From the NCBI GenBank assembly GCA_028534125.1, contig CM052832.1, positions 9,240,001 to 9,304,000 on the forward strand: a stretch of 64,000 nt of DNA, given 5' to 3'. Shown one piece after another: positions 26,460 to 37,915 of this stretch; within the stretch, counting starts at the first letter, position 1; each line of letters starts with the position of its first letter. The DNA is from Lama glama. Lineage: Eukaryota. The position numbers and the translations under genes were made by a program. Under the pieces are notes generated by a model. It ran no database searches. It was not told where the DNA came from and was given only the letters and a program-made list of their open reading frames with translations.

Positions 26460-26922
26460 CAGATTAAAAAAAAAAAGGCTACGTATTTCCTAGACTCTTG
26501 ACATCAAGAGTTCCGAGTCCATCAAGGAAACACACTTGTGAATTTGGCAGGCAGAAATAAGGTGGAGGCCACACTTCTGCTGTATTCTGTCATTTCTGCT
26601 GGCACGCATGCAAATAGGGATAGGTTGGGTTCTTCTGTGACAGCAGCGGCAGGAGTCCCGGTGTCTGGTTCTTAGCCTTGTGGGGTGTCAGGAGCCACCT
26701 GGTCCTAGCCACAGGGTCCTGAATCCCCAACATACTAGTATTGACGGAAGTAGCAGCTCTCTTTGCTGGCCACTTCTGCCATATCCTTCTAGGGGTCAGT
26801 CTTGGAGGCTCATCCTAGGGCTCTTCCTACAACCCTTCAAACAATCTTTTAAGCACAAAATAAAAGGTTGTTGAAGCCAGCCAAAGTGTTTCTGCTATTT
26901 GCAGACGGACCCTGATTGACAG
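26460..26922. mobile_element. ERVL-class (LTR33/LTR16-like) LTR remnant
   Basis: acgtatttcctagactcttg...gtgtttctgctatttgcagacggaccctgattgaca. Confidence 0.45.
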
Positions 26923-27130
26923 ACCCTATAAATGCCCCTTCCTCTTACACCCCACATTCCCTCAAGGCTGTGGGTGGAAAATGTATTCCATTTGTTCAAG
27001 CCTTTGAATCTTAGAAAAGCTTACCAAATATGAGAACATACAATCCATTGTTGGAGATTCTCAACCGATTATAGCTCAGAACAATAAATATAGAAGATTT
27101 CTCTTGGGGAGAGATTTTGAATGTGTGGAG

Positions 27131-27175
27131 GGAAAGGAAGGAAGGAAGGAAAGAAGGAAAGAAGGAGGAAGGAAT
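27131..27175 (+). repeat. (GGAA)n purine-rich microsatellite
   Basis: ggaaaggaaggaaggaaggaaagaaggaaagaaggaggaaggaa. Confidence 0.9.
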
Positions 27176-27929
27176 GAAAGACAAAGAATACAGGTATATA
27201 AGGCAGCTTTGGAGAGGAACTGACACTGAGCAGGGAGAACCAGATGCTGAACCAGAGGGTAAATTTGGCCACTTTCACATTTTTACCCCCCAGCTTACCC
27301 CGATGATGAGTGTGGTTTTAGGGCAGAGTGTGACCATCAGGAAAACCAAATAACAGAAAATTTCTGGAGAAGTCTCCCATCTCAACTGTCTTCCTTTCCT
27401 GGGTCTGCATTTATGATGCAAATTTTCCAAAATGCTCTGTTTAGCAAATAAAGAGTTGGCTGTGGGAGCTGCAGAAAAATCCCTGCTACTATGTTTGTAC
27501 CCATCCCAAGTACTCTTTCAGGAGATTTTTTAAATTTAAAAGTAAAATGTAGTTATTTTTATTTAAGGCAGTTCCCCATCTTGAACACATTTACATTTTC
27601 TTCCCCCATTTACAGCCTATTTCCTGAAAAATGTTGAGAAGATTTGTGTCTCATATTTTCCAAGGCCATCTCATGATTCATCAGTTTATTGTTTATTAAA
27701 ATATCAGCCTCAAGAAACTGGCTTAAATGGGAATGGTCATCTGGATTTTCTCTTCTGATTTACTTCATGGATGACATGAGAATGAATGAAAAGATTAAAA
27801 ATTCAACATTGTGCTAAGTCCCTTGAATAACAAAGAGGCCCTGTAAAAACCCAGTGAGGCTACAACAGGCAGACCTCGCTCGTTCTGTGATACAAAATCA
27901 TATATTAATAGAATTTGTAACTGGGAGGG

Positions 27930-28360
27930 GCCTTAGGCCTGTCACCTTATTTCACAGAGGAAGAAGCCCAGCCCTAGAGAAAAGAAATGACTAACCCAGG
28001 ATCACACCCTCAGCCTATGGCAGAGCGAGGACTAGAATTCAGGTCTCCTGAGATTCACCCTCCAATGCGCTCTCTCTTGCCTTGCTTATTTTCAGGTGTA
28101 TCCTTTTTCATCACCCTTCCCGCTCCTGCTCTGCAGCTGTCCCCACTTTAGGAGGAGTCAGATACCATTCTGAGAGTCCCTAGAAGTCAGAGGCCATTTC
28201 AATAGCCGAGAATTTCCTTCTCATCTAGAGCTCCATAGAAGTCAAGACCCCCATCCCCACAGTGCAGAGGTGGAAGATGAGGTTCAGAGACAGGGTTGAC
28301 TTGCCCGAGGCCACACAGCTAACGCTCAAACCCAGGCCTCCTAACACCCAAGCCAACATC
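27930..28360 (-). mobile_element. Two MIR fragments (about 27930-28060 and 28250-28360)
   Basis: atttcacagaggaag...aacccaggatcacac, and tgaggttcagaga...gacttgcccgaggccacacagct. Confidence 0.65.
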
Positions 28361-29394
28361 CTTCCCAGCAAGCTATAGTAGGGGGTCGGGTACATTCCGT
28401 GTGTTTTTGTTTTAAGAAGTAGAAAGTAAGCAGAATTTGGTTTAATTAAAGGCCATCCAAGGGGGATTAATGAAGCACTAAAAGGACCACATTAAAAGGA
28501 GCTGTCCTCTCCAAGGCAAGCTAATGGCAATTCTCTTTCCAAAACGAACATTAAAAAGCAGTTCCTGTGTAATTTTCCAATCATTTAACTTCAAGATTTC
28601 TATCTGTAGAGTCTGTGTGGGTCTGCATGTCCTTTTATGATGGCCTGAATCAAGGCTGACTCAGCAGAAAGCTGCTAAAGGTCAGTGATCATGAGCTACT
28701 CCCTTGCTTCATGTCAAATTATTTACATAATGAAAGTAATACAAGCACATGACAGAGCTTTAGGAAATTAAGGAAAGAATACTATATACTCATAATTCTC
28801 CCATCCATCATGTTAGTGTTATTATTTTGCATATTTCCTTTCTATCTTATTTCTAGAAGTGTTTACATAGTTTTCAGGGGTCTTCCTCTCATTTCTGTAG
28901 CATACTTACAACCTTGTATCCCGTTTTTCCCCCGGGATACTGGATCAAAAATATTTCTCAGGTAATACCTTGTCTTCATGAGCAACACGTTTGAGGGCTG
29001 CAAAATATCCAACCTCATGAGTGTTCAGTAAGGTTTATGTGATCCTTTACATCGTTGCACGTTCAAAGTTGGCAGTTATTTCTTTGAATTTCAAAAAGTA
29101 AAAAGTAGTTCAGTTAGTTATTTAAAACATTTCCCATTTAAAGCCAAGCGTGAGAGAACCCGTGGGTGAGTGTTGAGTGAGATGTGCAGACAGGATTAGA
29201 GGTCGTTACCCTGCTCAACACAGCACCACCGGCACTAATACCTATGAAACCTAATGGACAGTTATAAATAGTCTTGATTCCTTCTTGCATAATTTAGTCT
29301 ATATTCATAATGATTATAGGCTAACAACAGAAAGAATAAGGAATACTGTTACTAAAATAGAGTAAGTTAATGAGAAACATGAAAATTGTAATTC

Positions 29395-29724
29395 TGTAGT
29401 GATACATGCTATAACATGGCTGAACCTTGAAAACACTAGATGAAAGAGGCCAAGCACAAAAGGCCATGTATGTATCGTATGATTTCATTTATATGAAATA
29501 CCCAGAATAGGCAATTCCATAGAGACAGAAAGCAGATTAGTGGTTGCCAGGGGCTGGGAGATGGGACAATGGGAAGTGACTGCTTGATGGTTATGGGGTT
29601 TCCTTTTGGAGTGATGAAAATGTTCTGGAACTAGATAGTGGTGATGGTTGTACAACATTGTGACCATACTAAACATCATTAATGGTAAATTTTATGTTAT
29701 GTGTATTTTATTGCAATGAAAAAT
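29395..29724 (+). mobile_element. L1MB-like 3' UTR
   Basis: gaaagcagattagtggttgccaggggctggg...aatgttctggaactagatagtggtgatggttgtacaacattgtga. Confidence 0.85.
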
Positions 29725-29899
29725 TATCATTCTGAAATTTTTCCTTGAAATAACCTTTATCTGATATATAAGTTGTATTCATTTTATAATTCTCATAACA
29801 TGGGTTCAAACATCAAAATATGTATGATACTTTAAAATCTGTTTTAAAAGTGGAGAGGAGCAATAAATGTACTGGGAATAATGATTATCCATACCCAAA

Positions 29900-30035
29900 T
29901 TCCATCCCCAAATGTTGTTTGTAGAGAAGTATTTGCAAACGACAGTCTGAAATCTCTCTCATCTCTTCATTTGGAAACAAAATCAAAAATTCTAAAAAGA
30001 AAACCATTGACATATAAGAATTCTAAAAATTAGGC
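29900..30035 (+). mobile_element. hAT-Charlie transposase remnant (BED-finger region)
   Basis: Translation from 29911 gives NVVCREVFANDSLKSLSSLHLETKSKILKRKPLTY. This resembles the Charlie/ZBED5-type C-x2-C...MKPSKLKRHLETKH...KP motif. Confidence 0.55.
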
Positions 30036-30616
30036 AATGAAAATAATTTTTGTGCATTTGAATGCCATAGCATATAGTTTCTTTCAATCTCTATTAAATA
30101 TAGATTTTGACCCTAAAACTAAACATAATAAATGATTCCACTTCAAAATGTATATCACAAATTATGCTTTTTATTATGTAATTATTTTAAAGTATTTGTT
30201 GCATATTAATAGGTATTTATGTTTTGTCCTAACAATGTGGATATTAATGAAGGGTGCATTAAAATAATTTTTTCATACAATTTTAATAATATCTTGTTAA
30301 AAATATTTTACAAAAAATTTAAAATATGTATCAATGAGCTAATAGTTATACATATAATATTTTAAACATTTTTGAAGGGCTTAGAGCAATGCTGGTACAC
30401 ATTAAGCATATATGCTTATTCAATGAAAATAATGCAAAAATTATAAATGATTTTTTCAAATGTTATGAATTTTATGAGATTATCTATAACTTGACAAAGG
30501 AGACTTGCATAGTTAAAAAAATCTATATATCTCCATATTCATATGTAGGGAAAGGTAGATCGATGTGATCATTCCCCTGTTGTTGGCTATTGGGTAACTG
30601 CCAATGTCTTGCTTTT

Positions 30617-30868
30617 TTTAAAAAAATTGAATTATAATTGACATACAATATTATATTAATTTCAGGTATACAATATAGTGGTTCAATATTTTTATACATT
30701 ATGAAATGATCGCTATCATAAGTCTAGTAACCATCTGTCACCAACTGAGTTATTACAATATTATTGACTATGTCTCCTATGCTGTACATTATACCCCCAT
30801 GACTTATTTATTTTATAGCCAGAAGTTTGTACTTCTCAATCCCCTTTCACCTGTTCCCCCAACACCTC
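30617..30868 (-). mobile_element. 5'-truncated L1 3' end
   Basis: ataattgacatacaatattatattaatttcaggtatacaa. TSD is tgtcttgctttt at 30605-30616 and 30869-30880. Confidence 0.85.
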
Positions 30869-31433
30869 TGTCTTGCTTTTATAAGGATTACTATATTGAA
30901 CATTGTTCAAGTATAAAGATGATTCAGTAATTTGTTATCTTCTTGAGGTATATGCACAGAATTAGAGTTATTTATCCAAATGTTAGGATAGAATCTATTA
31001 CTTTTGATATGTGTCATCATTGCTAATCTTATCTGTGTGATCCTTAGCATAAGGAGAAATATAATGTCCCAACTCATACAGCCTTCTGTACCAACCTTAT
31101 ATTTTTTCATCTTCATAATGACTCTGTAGGGTAGGAGGTATTATCATTCCTATTTTCTAGATGAGTAGACTGAGACTTGAAGAGTTGAATCATTATGACT
31201 TGATTAGCTAGAAGGGCATCTTGAGTTTCAACTGCAGGCACATGAAGCAGGAAAACTGTCTTGTGTGGTGAATTTATTTCCCTTGGCAAAGGGCAGTGGT
31301 CAACTTGTGGTGGTCGTCTCTAAGAGAGATGGAGGGGGCTGATCTCGTGGAACTGACAATCTTTCAGTTAAGAATTAGAAAAAAGGAAAATAAATTAGAG
31401 AGGGATTTAAGAGTGATTGATAGGGTTTTGTGG

Positions 31434-31889
31434 TATATTATTCCCTACAGCTACTGTAACATATCACAAACTGGATGGCTTAAAACAACAAAATTTATTC
31501 TGTCAGTTTTGAAGGCTGGAAGTCTGAAATCAAGGTGTCAGCAGAGCCATCCTCCCTCTGAAGAGTCTAGGGGAGGAATCCTCATTTGCATCTTGTAGTT
31601 TCTGATGGTTGCTGGCCATCTTTGGCATTGCTTAGTTATTAGTACATCACCTAACCTTGGCCTCGGTTGACACATGTCGTTCTCCATGTGTTTGTGTCTT
31701 TATGTCCAAAATTTCCTCTTCTTTTAAGGACACCATTCATATTGGACTTAGGGCCCACCCTAACCCAGAATGGTTTCACCTTATCTTGACTATATCTGCA
31801 AAGACCCAATTTCCAAATAAGGTAATATTCACAGGTTCTAGGTAAACATGAATTTTTGGGGGGAGGGGGACACTACTCAACCTAAATAC
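31434..31889 (-). mobile_element. MLT1C/D-like MaLR solo LTR
   Basis: acaaactggatggcttaaaacaacaaaatttattct...ggctggaagtctgaaatcaaggtgtcagcag...tttccaaataaggt...acatgaatttttgggggg. Confidence 0.9.
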
Positions 31890-32149
31890 CTGGGTAGGAG
31901 GATGCTGATAGTGTTGGCCCTCACCACTTCTCACTTGGTGCTGTGCCGTGGTTAGGGGAGGTATGTGCCGCCAAACAGTGAAGGGAGATCCTTGGGCACA
32001 AGACGCAAGGCAACGTCTCGGGAAGCTGCTGATACCCAGAAACAGCCTCCCTACAGTCAGAAGGCCAGATATAGACCCATCCCCAACTTCCTCCACAACA
32101 GTTGCTGGAAGCAGCTTTCAATAAACAGTTCCCATAGTCAGGATAATAG

Positions 32150-34915
32150 AGAATCTCAAAGGAAAAGATGTGCACAGAGCCAAGATTTACTAATACATCA
32201 TAGAAGCACAAAATGCAACACAGGACTGATCTCTAAGAAACGGTTAACAGAACTCACAGAAGGTGATTTTAAGGGAAACATAATTAAACTCTTAACAGAA
32301 ATAAGAGAGATAATTGAATCCAGGAGACAAAAAGGAATTTATGACAAAGAACCAAGTAGAAGTCTTAGAAATGAAAACTATTCAGAAGAAGGGAAAATAG
32401 CAGAATGAGCTAGAAACAATAGCTGAGGGAGTCTCCCAGGATGTGGTACAAGGAGACAGAAGGCATGAAGGAGTGCTTAGAAACATGGAGAATGGAATCA
32501 GAGGCTCCCAACCTACTTATACACGTTTCAGAAGAAAACAAAAGACAGAAATGATAAAAGGGAGGAAAAATTCAAAATATGATAAAAGAAAAATTTCCAG
32601 AGTTGAATAAAGACACAAATCCTCAGATTGGGAACTGAATAAGATGAATAAGAGATGACTACATAGAAATAAATAGATAGATGTATAAATGAAATTTTAA
32701 AGAAGAAAAGTAGGGCTACATCTAGATACACAGAGTGAAATTTTAGACCAATAGGCAATAAGGAGAATTTCTAAAATCATGCAAGGATGATTTTTAAAAT
32801 GTTTTAAAAACATTTCTACAAAGACTGATATCAGAATTCTCAATGGAAACATGTTGGATACAAGAAGATAGTAGAAATTTATCTTCAAAAATCTGAGAAA
32901 AATGGTCACAAATCTAGAATTTTATATTCAGCTATTACTCAAGTGTGAATGTAAAATAGGCACATTTATAGATATCCAAGGATGCAGAACATTTACCATC
33001 CACAAAGAATTAATGGAGAATGTACTTACCTAGAAAAAAGAAAAAAAAGTAACTCTAGAGAGATACATGAAGCAGTATCTTATTTTAGAAATCAGTGAAA
33101 CTCATTGTAAAATTCATATAAGTTAGGGTAACCACTGGAAGAAATAGCAGATACAAGTTCCAGATTTTAAGACGGATAAAATAGGACAAAGAAAATTCAA
33201 TCAATCTTACAAAAGACAAAATTGGGAAATAACAAAAATCCGGGATAAGTAGAAAAGGCAAAATGAGGTGGGAGTTCAGATAGATCAGTATCATTTTGAA
33301 TATGATTGAGCTCAGTTCATGGATGAAAAGAGAATCTTATATTAGATTTTTAAAAATCTAGCTATTATAAGAGCCACATCTAAAAATCATCTAAGGTTGA
33401 AAATAAAGTGATGGAAAAAGATATTCAAATTAGAAAATGAAGAAAAAGAAACTTTTTTCTGCGATTATATTTACATTAAAATAAAATTCAAGGAAGGCCT
33501 GGAAGATGGGTCCACCCAGTGGTAGTGAGCAGCCCCAGTACCTAAGCAGTGATCTGCGAACATAATTTCCCACTGAAGGGAATTAGGGTTCACTTGAGAA
33601 AAGGCTGATTCCAGGTGTGGGGCAGGAAAGGTACAAGATGAGCCTGGAACAAGTTGTCACGTCAGAGACAAGAAAACTAAAGGCCACAGAGTGTCAAAAC
33701 CACTTAGGCATCGACTTGAAGAGGCACCTACTGGCTAAACATATGACAATTTTGCATTAATAAAAACAACAACTATACTGGATTAAAACACTTCAAATTT
33801 ATAATATGGAATAATTTAAAAAAATCGTTATTGTCTGCTTTCTATAAAGAACGTGTTAAACAACGCTATAGGAATATAATCAGCAAAGTCTAGACTGTAG
33901 GAAATTCTACAGAACAAATTATCCAGTTCCTTCAACAATTATATTCCAAGAAGAAGAAGTGGGGAGTGGAGATCTATAGATTAAAAAAGACCTAGAAGAC
34001 ATATCACTCAGTTGTATGTATGTACCTTAACTGAATCTTGATACAAACAAATATACTTTTAGAATATTGATGAAACATTCAGGGAGATATGAGCACTGAC
34101 TGGATATTTATTGATACATTGTGGTAGTGTTTAAAAAGGAGTTCTTAAACTTTAGAGATACATGCTGAAATATTTGTAGATGAAGTGTAATGTCAGGGAT
34201 TTGTTTCAAAATGATAATTGCTGTGAATTGATTATCTTTGGCTATGGGTTAATAAAAAGGGGGTTTAATCATTATTATTTTCTGCATTTTCATAAATTTT
34301 TTAAAGGTTAAAAAAAGACACTAAGCCTAAGAAGTTTTATAGATGAGTACTACTAAACTTCCCCAAAAGGGATGATTTCTATGTTATATACATTATTCTA
34401 AGGTTGGAGATGTATCCAACTCATTTTGTGTGTCCAGCAAAGCACTAATGCCAAAACTCAGCAAGATTAACCTCATTTGGAACATAGATGCAAAAATTCC
34501 ATTTAAATTTCAGCAAAGCAAATACAATAGTATATCAAGATAATATATTATGACAAAGGGAGGTTAATTACAGAAGTCTAAGAATCTAATTTTAACTTAG
34601 AAAGTTTATATAATTCACTACATTTACAGATTAAGGCATCTGATTATATCAATAAATGCTGAAAAATAGTTGGTAAAATTTAACATCTATTATTAATTAA
34701 GAAAAGAAACAACAAGCAGCTAGTTGTAGAAGGGAAATTTTTATCTTAATAAAAGGACTTACTGAAAACCTACAGTTATTTTAATACTTCGGGGTAATTT
34801 TAGAGGTAATCCTATTAAATCAGGAATAAGACAAGGATGCCTGCTTTCATGCTACTGTACAACATTAAACCAGTCAGTGCAATAAAACAAGAAAAATGAG
34901 TAAGAAACCTATAAA
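32150..34915 (+). mobile_element. Ancient L1 (ORF1 and ORF2 EN/RT remnants) with a nested L1MC-like 3' segment at about 33495-34318
   Basis: ORF1-like DFKGNIIKLLTEIRE and aatttccagagttg...cctcagattg, EN-like aaaataaagtgatggaaaaagatattc, and RT-like ccaactcattttg...ctaatgccaaaac and aatcaggaataagacaaggatgcc. Confidence 0.75.
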
Positions 34916-35445
34916 TGAGGATGTTTTCATCTACAAATAACAGAAAATCTAATTTGAAATAGTTTATACAATAAATAAATTTTATTATCTGACATAATAA
35001 GAAATCCTGAGGTAGGAAGTCTGCAGAGTTGGTTAATTCAGTGGTTTGCTGACCTCATTAAGGACCCAGATTCTTTCTATTTTTAACTCTATCATCCTCT
35101 GGAAGTCAGATATGCAACTCTCCCAAGCTTGCCTCTCCCAAGGCAACAAGATGGCTCCCATATTACCAAGCATGCTGCGTAAACCCGGGATGCAGGAGGG
35201 GTATCTACTCCTGTTTGTCTCTTTACAAGAGTGGGGAAATGTTTCCCAGAATCACCCCAGGATATTTTGTCACATCTCATTGGCCAGAACAATGTCATAT
35301 GCCCATCCCAGAACCATGGAATAAGCTCCCAGTCTGCCCTTGATGGACATTTATTGGGAGAAAGAAAAGAAAATCTTGGTATTGAAGACCACTGAGATTT
35401 TGGTGTGTTTGTAACTACAACATAACCAAGCCTATCCTGACTCGA
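34915..35445. mobile_element. MLT1-family LTR remnant
   Basis: aaggacccagattctttct...caagatggct...catctcattggccagaac. Confidence 0.55.
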
Positions 35446-35499
35446 TTAACAAAAACTAACGTTAATCAACATCTTTATTCTCCTCTTTGAACAATAAAT

Positions 35500-37915
35500 C
35501 CAGTTTATCCCTTTCTTGATATACTACCCCCCTTTTCTCTGTAGTTAAGCACTTTTATTAATTTCTTTTAAATACTTCCAATATTTCTCTATGCTGATAT
35601 ACCTTCTTGCATAGAAGACAGAAGATTATATATTACTATTCTGCACCTTCTTCTTGTTACTTAAAATAGATCCTGAAGCTCTTTTCATATCAGTATATAA
35701 TAAGCTTCCTAATTTTTTTACGGCCATATTGTGTTTCCATATGTGAACATAGCATAGTTTATTAACCAGTTCCTTATTGATGAGCATTTGGTTGTTTCCA
35801 GCCTTTTTCTATTGTAGACAGTGATGGGATGATGAATTACCCTGTACATATATCATTTTGTCAGTGTGGAGGGAAACATATAAAATCTCCGTAAGTGGAA
35901 ATGTCAGGCCAAAGGGTAAATGCATTGTAAATTTGAGAAATATTGCCGGTTACCTTCTATTTTGGTTGTATCATTCTCCACTCCCGCTGGCAACGACTGA
36001 GATTAACTGATTCCCCGTAGCCTTGCTTACAGAAACTGCTGTTCAACTTTCGGGTTTTTCCTAATTTAAGAGTTATCTCAGTTTAGTTGTAATTTGCTTT
36101 TTTAAAATTATGAGTTGAAGAAAGTTTACTTTTTATATGTAAGGGCCATTTGTATCTCTTTTTCTATGAACTTTCAATTCTTGTACTTTGCTCATTTTTC
36201 TTTAAAAAGACTGATTGTTATTGGTCTTTTTTGTATTGATTTATTGTAATTCTTCATATATTTGGATAATTGGCATTTTGTCTAAGATGCAGGTTGCAAA
36301 TGTATTTTCCCAGTTTGTCATTTGTCTTTTAGCATTGCTTATGGCATATTTTTCCATGTACTTAACATTTTTTATGTAGTAAAAATTACTTTTTCTGTGT
36401 GCCTTCTGCATTTTGAGTTATAGCTCATAAAGAAGTAACTCATATTTTCTTCTGATAGTTTTATAGCTTCATTTTTTAATACCAGCTTTTAAAGATATCT
36501 GCCTTTTTCTGGATGAGTGATGAGAGGTATAGATTCAACTTTATTTTTTCCAGGTGGCTACTCAGTTGTCTCAACAACATTTATTTAAAATTTTTTCTTT
36601 CCACTCTGATTTGACTTGCCATTTTTTCAGTACTAATTTTTTGTATGTATTTGGCTCTACTTCTGCACTTAAATTCTCCTTCTTTACCCTGTCTAGCCAT
36701 TCACAATTATACTATTTTAATTATTGGGACCTATTAGCATGTTTGAACATCCATTTGGGATAACTCGACCACGTAGTTCATTTTTTGAGTTTTTCTGGTT
36801 ACTCTTGCTTTTTTTTTTTTTTAATGAATTTAGAAACAACTTATCTATTCTCTGGGAAAAAACCTATTGGTAATTTTATTAAGATCAGGTTAAGTGAGGG
36901 TATAGCTCAAGTGGTGGAGCACATGCTTAGCATGCAGAGGTCCTGGGTTCATCCCCAGTACCCCCTCTAAAAATTAATAAGTAAACCTAATTATCACCTC
37001 TCCAAAAATAATGAAAAAAATGTAATAAAAAATCAGGCTAAATTTATAAATTGACTCAGAGAGAATAGACTTTTTGTCATGTTGAATTTTTCTGCCACAG
37101 AACATGGTACATACTTCCGTTGTTCAGTTCTAATTTTGCGTCCCACAGTAGTGTTTTGAAATTTTCCTCATAAATACATATATTTCTTGTTAAGTGTATT
37201 CTAAAGTGTTTTATCTATTTGTTGTTGCTTTTGCTATTGCAGAGATGGTTTTCTGTTCCATTGTATTTTTTAAAGGGTATTGTTTTATATGAGAAAATTA
37301 TTCATTGCTGTGTATTAATTTTACACCCTGCAACACACTGCATTCTCTTATTACTTGTAGTAGTTTTTCAGGAGATTCTCTTAAATGTAAAATCATATCA
37401 TTTGAAAATAGCGATGATTTTACCACCTCTTGCAGTTCTTATACTTTCTCTTGTTTAATTGTGTTTCTTAGTATCTTCAGGACAATATTAAATAGGAGAG
37501 GTGATAGTGAGCGTCTTAGTCTTAGCATGCGTTCTTCCATTGTTCTCCATTAAGATTGTTTCTGGGTTTTTTGGATTAATAAATCATGTTAATCATGTTA
37601 AATAAATCTTTATTTATATTTTGTGGAGTGTTTTTTAAAGTCAAGAATGGGCTTTTACTTTTTTCCAAATCCTTATTAGCACCAGTTGAAATAGTTTTTC
37701 TCCTCAGATACATTAATGTAGAATGATCCCTGGTATTCAACTGTCTTTTCATTCATGGAATAAAACATCACTTTATTATTATTTTAAATCTACCCCTTGA
37801 TTCTGCTTGTTAATATTTTATTTAATATTTTTATAGTGATATTTGTAAGTGAGACTGGTCTGTAATTTTCTTTCTTTGTGTAATCTTTGTCAGGTTTTGG
37901 TATCAATGTTATATT
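35500..37915 (-). mobile_element. Old L1 ORF2 and 3' region, antisense
   Basis: ORF 37790..38008 contains [36 protein letters not shown], the L1 RT-proximal motif. There is a long antisense L1-type T-rich body. Confidence 0.85.
36894..37028 (+). mobile_element. tRNA-Ala-derived camelid SINE (vic-1 type) inserted in an L1
   Basis: gagggtatagctcaagtggtggagcacatgcttagcatgcagaggtcctgggttcatccccagtacc, then aacctaatta and an A tail. Imperfect TSD aagatcaggttaa / aaaatcaggctaa. Confidence 0.9.
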
